From contig JADLEV010000039.1 in NCBI GenBank assembly GCA_020845935.1, positions 32,078 through 96,077 on the forward strand: a DNA stretch of 64,000 nt, given 5' to 3'. The DNA comes from Gammaproteobacteria bacterium (GTDB lineage Bacteria; Pseudomonadota; Gammaproteobacteria; Ga0077536). The position numbers were made by a program, and so were the translations under genes. The notes below the pieces were generated by a model. That model saw only the letters and a list, made by a program, of their open reading frames with translations, made no database searches and was not told where the DNA came from. Numbering within the stretch: position 1 is the first letter of the stretch; each line of letters opens with the position of its first letter. Positions 49,217-57,608 of the stretch are shown in pieces.

Positions 49217-50515
49217 ATGAACCACGCCGCTGCCGAATGGCACAGGCTGCTCGATTTCGATCGCCGCCACGTCTGGCATCCGTATACATCCATGGCCAAG
49301 CCCGGCCCGGTCTATCCGGTCGTGCGGACCGAGGGCTGCCAGATCCACCTTGCGGATGGCACCGTCCTGATCGATGGCATGTCCTCCTGGTGGTGCGCCA
49401 TCCATGGGTACAACGTTCCCCGGATCAATGCGGCGATCGCGGACCAGGTCGCGCGGATGGCGCATGTGATGTTTGGCGGCCTGACCCATGAGCCGGCAGT
49501 TCGGCTCGCCGAAAAACTCTGCGCGCTCGTGCCGTCGCCGCTGGAAGTCGCATTCTTCGCCGATTCCGGCTCGGTTGCGGTCGAGGTTGCGCTGAAGATG
49601 GCGGTGCAGTATTGGGAAGGGCGGGGCATTGCGGCGCGCAAGCGTTTCCTGACGATCCGCGGCGGGTACCATGGCGATACCTTTGGCGCGATGTCGGTCT
49701 GCGACCCGGACACCGGCATGCATGGCTTGTTTCGGGGTTATCTGCCGTCCCAGGTGTTCGCCGCCGCGCCAACGGTACCTTTTCACGGCACTTGGCAGCC
49801 ATCGGATCTCGACTCCGTCACGGCCTTGCTCGCCGCGCATCACGCCACCATTGCTGCGGTCATCCTCGAGCCGATCGTCCAGGGTGCGGGCGGAATGCGG
49901 TTCTATCATCCCGAATATCTGCGCGGCGTGCGGCGCCTGTGCGAGCAGTGGGAGGTGCTGCTGATTGCCGATGAAATCGCAACCGGATTCGGCAGAACCG
50001 GGCGCATGTTCGCTTGTGACTGGGCCGGCGTCGTGCCGGACATCTTGTGTCTGGGCAAGGCGTTGACCGGCGGGTACATGAGCCTCGGCGCAACCCTGAC
50101 CAGCCGTGCGATTGCCGAAACGATTGCTCCTGGTGCGGGGCAGGCACTGATGCATGGACCGACGTTCATGGGCAATCCGCTGACCTGTGCCGCCGCGAAC
50201 GCGAGCCTGGAACTGCTGCTGGAGTCGCCGTGGCAACAGCGGGTTGCGCGGCTTGAGTCACAACTGCGGCAGGAACTGGCGCCGTGCGCGGCCCTCCCCG
50301 CGGTGCGCGATGTCCGGGTCCTCGGTGCCATCGGTGTCATTGAATTTCACGATCCGCCCGACGTGCATGCATTGACCCGGGCAGGGATTACCCAAGGCGT
50401 CTGGCTGCGCCCCTTCGGTCGGACGCTGTACACGATGCCGCCGCTGGTCATCTCGCCGGAAGAACTGCGCCGGATCACGGCGGTGATGTGCGAACTCGCC
50501 GCCGGGCGCCACTGA
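49217..50515 (+). CDS. bioA: Adenosylmethionine-8-amino-7-oxononanoate aminotransferase
   Basis: From the ATG at 49217: HVWHPYTSM, SSWWCAIHGY, FFADSGSVAVEVALKMA, LLIADEIATGFGRTG, CLGKALTGGY (PLP Lys). Confidence 0.88.
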   Translation: MNHAAAEWHRLLDFDRRHVWHPYTSMAKPGPVYPVVRTEGCQIHLADGTVLIDGMSSWWCAIHGYNVPRINAAIADQVARMAHVMFGGLTHEPAVRLAEKLCALVPSPLEVAFFADSGSVAVEVALKMAVQYWEGRGIAARKRFLTIRGGYHGDTFGAMSVCDPDTGMHGLFRGYLPSQVFAAAPTVPFHGTWQPSDLDSVTALLAAHHATIAAVILEPIVQGAGGMRFYHPEYLRGVRRLCEQWEVLLIADEIATGFGRTGRMFACDWAGVVPDILCLGKALTGGYMSLGATLTSRAIAETIAPGAGQALMHGPTFMGNPLTCAAANASLELLLESPWQQRVARLESQLRQELAPCAALPAVRDVRVLGAIGVIEFHDPPDVHALTRAGITQGVWLRPFGRTLYTMPPLVISPEELRRITAVMCELAAGRH

Positions 50516-50613
50516 GCCGAACCTCGCATCCGCAGCATGGTCTATTGACTGTAGCGACCCAGTCCGAAAAGGGTGACAGGGTATTCGCCGCACAATATAC
50601 TCTCGCTATTTTG

Positions 50614-51570
50614 ATGCCAGCCCACGATATGCGTACGGAGCGTACTTCTGCGGAGCAACTCGGTAACGGTACCGTACGCGCCATCGACGGCAAGAAATGC
50701 ATTTTCTACGATGGCTACTGGATCCGGTATTACGACGTCTCGCAGAGTGCCTTTCGCGACAAGAAGACCCTGATCGATCAACTGACCAAACGCGTCTTTC
50801 ACCATACCGAACCGGGCATCAATACCCCGGGCAGCCGTCTCGAGGAGGCCCGCGCCGCCTACGAACAGCAGCAGGAGCCGGCACGCAAGCGCGTCAATGC
50901 CGGCATGCTGGCCGGCGCGCTGCTCAATCGGGCGACCGATATCTTCACCAAGGTCGTCGAACTGGAAGAAGCCGGTATCCGCATCACGCCCCAGAACGAG
51001 TTGCTGAAGGAATGTGGCCACTATTTCCTCGAGGCCCTGGAACTTGGCAAGAGCGTCCGTCATTACAGTGGCGAGGAAGGGCTGGATGAACTTTGGGGTG
51101 AGCCGTTTCGGGCGTTTACCCTGTCGGTCGAGCAGTTCTACGAAGGTCGTTATTTGAAGGTCGCGCAGACCATGTCCGAAATCGATCTGATTCGGCAGCA
51201 AATCATTGCCATATTCAGTCCCTATGCGGGCTTCGAACGTCTGCCGCAGTTGGTCAACGCCTTTTGTGATGCGGCCCGGGCCGAGTGTGAAACGCTGCGT
51301 GGCGATCTTGCCATATTCGCTGTTTGGCCAGAGTTCGTCGCGACCGGTGATGAACTGGCAGGATTCAGGCCGGCATCACCGGAAAAGCTCAGCGCGGAGC
51401 AGCGCCTGCTGCGCGACGAGAGTGTCCGCCTGATTCGCGATGGCAAGAACCTCCTGCAATGGGTCGCGTCCGCGCGCGTCCCGATGCCGAAGAGCACACG
51501 TGATTACATCGCCTTGCTGGCAGCCCATGAAACGGAGATCCGGCAGGCTTATCCCAGAATTCGCGGCTGA
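50614..51570 (+). CDS. Conserved hypothetical protein (predicted all-alpha)
   Basis: Good coding-like composition for about 318 aa (CIFYDGYWIRYYDVSQSAF...). I recognised no motif. Start is the ATG at 50614 or 50629. Confidence 0.55.
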   Translation: MPAHDMRTERTSAEQLGNGTVRAIDGKKCIFYDGYWIRYYDVSQSAFRDKKTLIDQLTKRVFHHTEPGINTPGSRLEEARAAYEQQQEPARKRVNAGMLAGALLNRATDIFTKVVELEEAGIRITPQNELLKECGHYFLEALELGKSVRHYSGEEGLDELWGEPFRAFTLSVEQFYEGRYLKVAQTMSEIDLIRQQIIAIFSPYAGFERLPQLVNAFCDAARAECETLRGDLAIFAVWPEFVATGDELAGFRPASPEKLSAEQRLLRDESVRLIRDGKNLLQWVASARVPMPKSTRDYIALLAAHETEIRQAYPRIRG

Positions 51571-51618
51571 TATGGCCGCAACCGCTTCATTTCGTAAACC
51601 AACAGGAGACATTCCATC

Positions 51619-52236
51619 ATGTTGCGTCAATTGACCATCGCAGTTGCCCTTGCCGTCAGCCAACAGGCCTTGGCCGCCGGCGACGCGGCCGCAGGCAAGA
51701 CCGCCTACGCGACCTGTGCCGCCTGCCACGCCCAGCAGGCCGAGGGCAACGAGGCGCTGCATGCGCCGAAATTGACCGGGCAGGAGGACTGGTATCTCAT
51801 CCGGCAGTTGCAGAATTACAAAGCCGGCATTCGGGGCAAGGACCCGAAGGACACCTATGGCATGCAGATGGCGCCGATGGCGGCGACCCTGGCCGACGGC
51901 AAGGCGATCGAGAACGTCGTCGCCTACATCAGGTCGCTGCCGGACACGCCGGCAACGCCAAAGGTCACCGGGGACGTCGCCAAGGGCAAGGCCGCCTATG
52001 CGACCTGCGCCACCTGCCACGGCCAAAAGGCGGAAGGGATGAAGGCGCTCAACGCGCCGCGGCTGGCCGGCATGAGCGACTGGTACCTGGTTCAGCAGTT
52101 GCAGAACTTCAAAGCCGGCATTCGGGGCAAGAACCCGAAGGACACCTACGGCATGCAGATGGCGCCGATGGCGACGACGCTGGCCAACGATCAGGCCATC
52201 AAGGACGTCGTTGCCTACATCAACTCAATCAAGTAA
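51619..52236 (+). CDS. Dihaem class I c-type cytochrome (c4/c55x-like)
   Basis: Signal peptide MLRQLTIAVALAVSQQALAA. Two CxxCH motifs (CAACH, CATCH), each followed by an axial Met region (MQMAPMA). Confidence 0.85.
   Translation: MLRQLTIAVALAVSQQALAAGDAAAGKTAYATCAACHAQQAEGNEALHAPKLTGQEDWYLIRQLQNYKAGIRGKDPKDTYGMQMAPMAATLADGKAIENVVAYIRSLPDTPATPKVTGDVAKGKAAYATCATCHGQKAEGMKALNAPRLAGMSDWYLVQQLQNFKAGIRGKNPKDTYGMQMAPMATTLANDQAIKDVVAYINSIK
51694..52233 (+). repeat. Intragenic tandem duplication, period 291 nt (two 97-aa cytochrome c modules)
   Basis: Unit 1 starts at GGCAAG 51694 and unit 2 at GGCAAG 51985. The core 51805-51894 versus 52096-52185 differs at about 6 of 90 nt by my manual alignment. 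Confidence 0.8.
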
Positions 52237-52242
52237 CGCCAG

Positions 52243-52259
52243 ACCCGCGGGACGCGGGT
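52243..52259 (+). terminator. Putative terminator hairpin after the cytochrome c gene
   Basis: ACCCGCG-GGA-CGCGGGT followed by TTGTCTCTC, a weak pyrimidine-rich tail. Confidence 0.4.
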
Positions 52260-52279
52260 TGTCTCTCAGCTGCGGCACC

Positions 52280-52326
52280 GTCAGCCGACTTCGAACAAGT
52301 CCAGGAAGGACTTGTTCGGAGCTGAC
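52280..52326. repeat. REP-like palindrome, second copy
   Basis: GTCAGC...CGAACAAGTCC-AGGAA-GGACTTGTTCG...GCTGAC shares the GAACAAGTCC/GGACTTGTTC core with 42601-42634. Confidence 0.65.
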
Positions 52327-52486
52327 TCAGGAAGCCCGGCCCGTCCTCACGACGGACCGGGCTTGTTACCGCCGACGCATGCATCTGTCTTCGTGGCGCA
52401 ATCTGCCGGCACAGGTTTATACTCGGTTTACACGCAGTGCATCCCGATCAACCGTTTCCAGCATTTCCGACGAAAGGACACCTTTG

Positions 52487-53359
52487 ATGACGGCCGGAAC
52501 CCACGCAGCACAATCCGTTTGCACTTTGCTCGACCGTTGGTCGATAGAAATGACCGCAAAGGATGTCCCCCATCTCGAGGAGGCGGCGGACCTGATCCCG
52601 AAAGGAACGAAGATCCCGGTGACATTTTTGCCCGGGGAGACGTTCGAGATGAGGATCGCCGCAGCGAAGCGCGTGCGAGACCTGGGTTTCCTGCCGATTC
52701 CGCACATCTCCGCGCGCCGGTTGCAATCGCAGCAGGAACTGGAGGGGTTCCTGGCCGGCATCCAGCAGGAAGTGGGGACCGACCATGCCTTCGTCGTCGC
52801 CGGTGATCCGCCGGAACCGATGGGACCCTACGAGGACGCACTGTCGATTATCCGCAGCGGGCTGCTCGCGCAGTACGGCATCAAGCGGGTCGGTATCTCC
52901 GGATATCCGGAAGGGCACCCGGACATCGGCAATGACAAGCTTTGGAAGGCCAGCCTGGACAAGCAAACCGAGATACTGGAGCGCGGCCATGATTTCGCCG
53001 TGGTGACGCAGTTCGCCTTCGACGCCGACCCGGTGCTGAAGTGGTTGGAGGAATTGCGCAAGAACGGCATCCAGGCCCTGGTCCGTGTCGGTGTTCCTGG
53101 CCCGGCCACCGTCAAGCGGCTGCTGTCGTTTGCCGCCCGCTGCGGCGTCACGGCGTCAACCAAGGTGATGAAAAAGTACGGCTTGTCGCTGACCAAACTG
53201 CTGTCCACCGCGGGACCCGATCAACTCATCGAGGAATACGCGCGAAGACTCGACCCGGCGCGACACGGTGACGTGTTGATGCACCTGTATCCGTTCGGCG
53301 GCCTGCGCGCGACTGCGGAATGGGTGCGCGATTTCCGCGCCAGGAACGGTTGCAGTTAA
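52487..53359 (+). CDS. Methylenetetrahydrofolate reductase family protein (non-canonical MetF-like)
   Basis: From the ATG at 52487 (AAGGA SD about 9 nt upstream): IPVTFLPGE..., VVAGDPP, GISGYPEGHP, VTQFAFDADPVLKWLEELR, resembling the MTHFR TIM-barrel family but not close to E. coli MetF. Confidence 0.7.
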   Translation: MTAGTHAAQSVCTLLDRWSIEMTAKDVPHLEEAADLIPKGTKIPVTFLPGETFEMRIAAAKRVRDLGFLPIPHISARRLQSQQELEGFLAGIQQEVGTDHAFVVAGDPPEPMGPYEDALSIIRSGLLAQYGIKRVGISGYPEGHPDIGNDKLWKASLDKQTEILERGHDFAVVTQFAFDADPVLKWLEELRKNGIQALVRVGVPGPATVKRLLSFAARCGVTASTKVMKKYGLSLTKLLSTAGPDQLIEEYARRLDPARHGDVLMHLYPFGGLRATAEWVRDFRARNGCS

Positions 53360-53363
53360 AGTG

Positions 53364-53397
53364 CCGGCGGCGTGGTAGAGCCTTGCCACGCCGCCGG
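53364..53397. terminator. Bidirectional hairpin between convergent genes
   Basis: CCGGCGGCGTGG-N10-CCACGCCGCCGG (12-bp perfect stem). There is no clear U tract on either side. Confidence 0.5.
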
Positions 53398-53409
53398 AAG
53401 AAGCGATCT

Positions 53410-55662
53410 TCAGAATTTCGCGGTCAAGGCGACGTTGAACGAGCGGCCCTTGCCCGGTACCGCGACACCCCACGGAATGCCGTTGATGCTCATGGTCGAG
53501 CCCTGGCCAACATAGGCGCCACCGAGCGGCAGTTGGTAGTAGCGATCGAACAGGTTGTCGATGCCGGCATCCAGCCGTAACCGTTCCCAGGTGTAGCTCG
53601 CGGTCAGGTTGACGAGTTCGTAACCGGCGGTCGCGATTTCGTTGCGCACCGTTGCGACATCCTGTTTGCCTCCAGCCAGCAACAGTTCGAGACCGGCATC
53701 CCAGCCGCCGTATTGATGGTTCAGGCGGATGCGCCCGTTGAGCGGCATGATGTTGTATAGCGCGTCTTTGGTCACACGGTTCTTGCCGTCGGTGTAGCTC
53801 AGTGCCGAAGTGGCGGTGAATACCCCGACCGGGGTACGCGCCAGCACCAGCTTCGCCGCGACGTCGATGCCAGCGAGTCGCGCCGACTGATTGGCATAGG
53901 TCAGGACGTTGAACCTGTTGGCGGTGAATGACAGCCGCTGCGCGGCATCGATGTAGTCGCGCACCCGCGTATAGAACGGCGCAATCCGCAACTCGCGATC
54001 GCGATCGGTGCTGTGCCAGTCGAACGTCGCCGACAGCGTATGCGCCTGTTCCGGCTGGAGCAGCGGATTGCCGACGTAACCGTTACCGTCGCCAACGAAG
54101 TTGTTCATGGTCGCCGCCATCGCCCAGCTGGACCACGGGTAACGCTCATACAGATTCGGCGAGCGCACCTTGTGCGCGTAACCCAGTTCGAGGTCGACCG
54201 TCGCATCTACGCTATAGCGCGACAACGCGGTCACATCCCAGTTGTGGTCGACCGCGGCGCGAGCGCCGGCATTGAACGCCTGGCTGTCCGCATACTGTGT
54301 TCCAGGTGCGGTCATCATCGTGCTGTAACCCTGCACCGGCCCGGCGCTGGTCTCGACGCGCTCAAAGCGGGCGCCGAGCGAGGTCAGCCAGCGCGGATCG
54401 AGTTGCGTTTCCCATTCGGAGAACAGAGCGAAGCGGTCGCGCTGGCCATCACGGATGTTCCAGAACGTACCCGGCCCCATACCGCCGCCCGATGGCGACC
54501 ACCAGTCATCCAGGCGGTAGCGCTGGTACTCGGTGCCGACGCGCAGCAGGTTTGCGCCGCCGAACGACAGGTCGGCGCGCGCGGTGACGCCGAGCGTCTC
54601 GGCCTCGGTTTGCATCGGCATGCCGCCGGCGCAAGTGCCCGCTGGATCACCCATGAAGCGGATCGGCGAACACGGCGAGCCACTGCCGGAGTTGCTGCCG
54701 TACCAGAACCGCCGGTCCGGCCCGAAGTCCATCGCATGCGCCACGCCTTCGTAATAGATACGTGCTTCAAATGCGACGCGGTCGAACGAGCCGACGTAAC
54801 GCAGGTTGGCGCGGTATTGCGTGTTGTCGATCAGGTCCATTCTCTGGTTCGGATACGACTGCAACGGCATCGCCTGATAACCGAGCCGCGCTTCCAGCAG
54901 ATGCCGCTCATTCTTCAGCGCCAGCGTCAGCGCGTGATTGTTGGTTTCGTAAGCACTCGAACCGACCACATCGAGGTCCAGCGTGTGACCGCTGCGGCCG
55001 GTCGCGGTCGTCGTCTTGAAGTCGCGTCCGGCGGTGTAGTCGTCGGCCTTGGCGAAGGAGCCGGCATACGACAGCGAGAAATATGACCCGGCGAGATGGA
55101 CTCCGAGGTGCGCGCCGCGTGCCTCGTCGTTGCTGCGATAGAAAGCCCCGACTTCGCCGCTGAACTCGATGCCGGCGCCGCTGCCGGCGAACTCCGGCGC
55201 AGCGGTCTCTGCGACGATCGTGCCGCCGATGCTGTCTCCACCGGCGCTGACCGGCGCAATTCCGGCGAAGACTTGAAGGTTGCCAAGCTGCGCCGGGTCG
55301 AGATAGGACAGAGCAGGGTTCATGTGGTTGGGGCAGGCGGCAATCAAGTCCATGCCATCGACCTTGATGCGCAAGCGGTCATCGGCCAACCCGTGAATCA
55401 CTGGCAGGCTCGACACGCCGCCGGCGCCGTATGCGCTGACGCCGGGGACTTCCCGCAGCAGGCTGGCGACATCGCTGGTGGCAACGCCCTGCCGCGCGAT
55501 CGCCGCCGCGTCGACCTGCGTGACGCCGATGCCCACGGGATCGGATAACCGGGATCCCTGGATGATGATTTCCTCCGGCTGCTCCGTGGCTGCCGATGCA
55601 ACCGCGCCGGTTCCGGAAACCGAGACCAGGGCAGCGAACTGAATCCCATACCGCAATGACAT
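53410..55662 (-). CDS. TonB-dependent outer-membrane receptor
   Basis: Signal peptide; plug region (EEIIIQGSRL...VPGVSAYGAGGVSSLPVIHGLADDRLRIKVDGMD); a 22-strand-type barrel ending in the C-terminal aromatic residue ...ALTAKF. Confidence 0.9.
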   Translation of the reverse strand: MSLRYGIQFAALVSVSGTGAVASAATEQPEEIIIQGSRLSDPVGIGVTQVDAAAIARQGVATSDVASLLREVPGVSAYGAGGVSSLPVIHGLADDRLRIKVDGMDLIAACPNHMNPALSYLDPAQLGNLQVFAGIAPVSAGGDSIGGTIVAETAAPEFAGSGAGIEFSGEVGAFYRSNDEARGAHLGVHLAGSYFSLSYAGSFAKADDYTAGRDFKTTTATGRSGHTLDLDVVGSSAYETNNHALTLALKNERHLLEARLGYQAMPLQSYPNQRMDLIDNTQYRANLRYVGSFDRVAFEARIYYEGVAHAMDFGPDRRFWYGSNSGSGSPCSPIRFMGDPAGTCAGGMPMQTEAETLGVTARADLSFGGANLLRVGTEYQRYRLDDWWSPSGGGMGPGTFWNIRDGQRDRFALFSEWETQLDPRWLTSLGARFERVETSAGPVQGYSTMMTAPGTQYADSQAFNAGARAAVDHNWDVTALSRYSVDATVDLELGYAHKVRSPNLYERYPWSSWAMAATMNNFVGDGNGYVGNPLLQPEQAHTLSATFDWHSTDRDRELRIAPFYTRVRDYIDAAQRLSFTANRFNVLTYANQSARLAGIDVAAKLVLARTPVGVFTATSALSYTDGKNRVTKDALYNIMPLNGRIRLNHQYGGWDAGLELLLAGGKQDVATVRNEIATAGYELVNLTASYTWERLRLDAGIDNLFDRYYQLPLGGAYVGQGSTMSINGIPWGVAVPGKGRSFNVALTAKF

Positions 55663-55782
55663 GACCTACTCCAGGGGTGACGGACTGATAGCCAGTCTTG
55701 CCCAGGAGTAGCGGGCTGGGAATGCGACATTTTGTCGCGCCCAAGGCTTGAGCGCGTGGGTGCGCCGGTGGCCGACCCCCCG

Positions 55783-56337
55783 TCAGCGGCGAACCGGGCG
55801 CTTGTTGAGTTTGCGTTGCAGCGTCCGGCGATGCATGCTGAGCCGCCGCGCGGTTTCCGAAACGTTGCCGCCGCATTCCTGTAGCACCTGCTGGATGTGC
55901 TCCCACTCCAACCGGCTGACGGAGAGCGGTTGGTCCGGGATATCGATCGCGGCGTCGCCTTGCTCGCGCTGGAACGCGGCAAGGATCTGATCCGCATCCG
56001 CCGGCTTGGCGAGGTAATGGATCGCACCGAGCTTGATCGCCTCGACTGCGGTTGCAATCGAGGCGTAACCGGTCAGTACGACGATGCGGGTATGCGCATC
56101 GAGCGCCTTCAGTTCACGCACCAGTTCGAGGCCGGAAGGTCCCGGCATGCGCAGATCGATGACCGCGTACTCGGGCGGTTCGGCGCGCGCGAGATCAAGG
56201 GCCGCGGGGACATCGTGGCCGACCCGCACGCAGTAACCGCGACGCTCGAATGCCTGCGCCAGCACGCGTGCGAACACGGGGTCGTCATCGACCAGCAGCA
56301 GGCTCGGCAGTTCGCTGGCGCTGATTTCAGGGATCAT
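55783..56337 (-). CDS. regA: RegA/PrrA/ActR-family redox response regulator
   Basis: REC domain (LLLVDDDPVFARVL...AVIDLRMPGPSG) plus the highly characteristic HTH GNVSETARRLSMHRRTLQRKL. Confidence 0.85.
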   Translation of the reverse strand: MIPEISASELPSLLLVDDDPVFARVLAQAFERRGYCVRVGHDVPAALDLARAEPPEYAVIDLRMPGPSGLELVRELKALDAHTRIVVLTGYASIATAVEAIKLGAIHYLAKPADADQILAAFQREQGDAAIDIPDQPLSVSRLEWEHIQQVLQECGGNVSETARRLSMHRRTLQRKLNKRPVRR

Positions 56338-57586
56338 CGGCGAGCCGCAAGCCGGCCAGCGGCAGTTCGATCCGGCAGCAGGTGCCACCGCCAGTCCGAT
56401 CGCTGAGGTTCACCGTGCCGCCGAAGCGGCGCAAGGTCTGAAACGTCAGAAACAGGCCAAGCCCCAGGCCATCCTGCTTGGTCGTCACGCGCTCGGCGCC
56501 GACCTTGGCGCGCAATTCCGGCGCGACCCCGGTGCCGCGATCGCGTACTTCGAAGACGAGCAGGTCTGGTGTCCAGCGGGCGGCGATCGCCACCGCGGCG
56601 GGCGACACATCGGCGGCGTTGTTGCAGACATTGGTCAGTGCCTGTGTCAGCGTTTGCTCGACGACGAGCCGCGGGGCCGGCCGTGGTCCATCGAGCGAGA
56701 GATCGATGTCAAGCCCCGGGCGACTCGCCCGCCAGTCATCGATCATTTGCCGCAGCCAGGATTCGAGATCGATCGCCCGGCCGGACTCGGCGCGCCAGCC
56801 GCCCGCGGTCGCGGTCAGCGAGCCGAGGATGCCCTTGCACCGCATGACCTGATCCTGCAACAGCCCGAGCCGTTCGCCGCCGAGCGGCTCCGCCGGATCG
56901 ACATCCTTGAGCACGACCGCCAGCGTCGCGAGCGGCGTGCCCAATTCATGCGCTGCGCCGGCGGCCAGCGTGCCGAGCGCCAGGAGATGGTCCTGTTGCA
57001 GCTTCTGCTCATGCAGCGTCGCGATCATTCGATCGCGCTCGCGCACCGAGTGACCCATGCGCACCGCATACAGGGCGATCAGAAAGGCGCTGAACGCGAA
57101 CGAAAACCACATGCCGATCTCGTGCATGCCGCCGGGGAAGCCGGGATGGACCGGCGGCAGCGGCAGGTAGAAGCGGGTCAGCAGCGTGTAACAGGTCAGC
57201 GTCAGTATGACCATCGCCCAGGCGTAACCGCCGGGCAGTGCGACGGCGGTCAGCGTCAGCGGCAGCAGAAAGAACGGCGTGAATGGATTGCCGGCGCCGC
57301 CGGTGAGATACAGCAGCACCGTCAGCGCCGCGACGTCGATGGTCAATTGCAGGAACAGTTCGGCATCGGCGATGACCGGCGCGCGCGCCAGTCGCCACAA
57401 GGTGCCGAAACTGATCCCGAGCACCGTGACGAACAACGCCAGCAACGGCAGCAGCGGCAGTTCATAGTCCCAGCGCGAAATCGCCAGCAGCACGACACCG
57501 CACTGCGCCGCCAGCACGATCAGCCGCTGGCCATTCAGGCGCCGCAGATTAGCGGCATTGCTCGATGGATCTACGGGCAGCGGCAT
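56327..57586 (-). CDS. regB: RegB/PrrB/ActS-family redox sensor histidine kinase
   Basis: Multi-TM N-terminus containing GGAGNPF (the GGxxNPF quinone-site motif of RegB), H-box AAHELGTPLATL, a following Cys (VMRCKGIL), and HATPase G boxes. It overlaps regA by 11 nt. Confidence 0.85.
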   Translation of the reverse strand: MPLPVDPSSNAANLRRLNGQRLIVLAAQCGVVLLAISRWDYELPLLPLLALFVTVLGISFGTLWRLARAPVIADAELFLQLTIDVAALTVLLYLTGGAGNPFTPFFLLPLTLTAVALPGGYAWAMVILTLTCYTLLTRFYLPLPPVHPGFPGGMHEIGMWFSFAFSAFLIALYAVRMGHSVRERDRMIATLHEQKLQQDHLLALGTLAAGAAHELGTPLATLAVVLKDVDPAEPLGGERLGLLQDQVMRCKGILGSLTATAGGWRAESGRAIDLESWLRQMIDDWRASRPGLDIDLSLDGPRPAPRLVVEQTLTQALTNVCNNAADVSPAAVAIAARWTPDLLVFEVRDRGTGVAPELRAKVGAERVTTKQDGLGLGLFLTFQTLRRFGGTVNLSDRTGGGTCCRIELPLAGLRLADDP

Positions 57587-57608
57587 CGGGCGATTCTTCC
57601 GGTGGGAG

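Noticed and set aside
52237-52486. Possible SAH, SAM or THF riboswitch upstream of the MTHFR-like gene
   Set aside because: I could not find the conserved cores I remember for these classes, for example the SAH riboswitch GCGCUCAC or AGGCUCGG-like elements. One of the hairpins is a dispersed REP-like repeat. I kept it only as a low-interest structural observation.
55663-55782. Fur box or cobalamin riboswitch upstream of the TonB-dependent receptor
   Set aside because: The spacer is GC-rich with only a weak 5-bp hairpin (GCGAC-AAAAT-GTCGC). No AT-rich 19-bp palindrome and no GCCACTG B12-box is visible.
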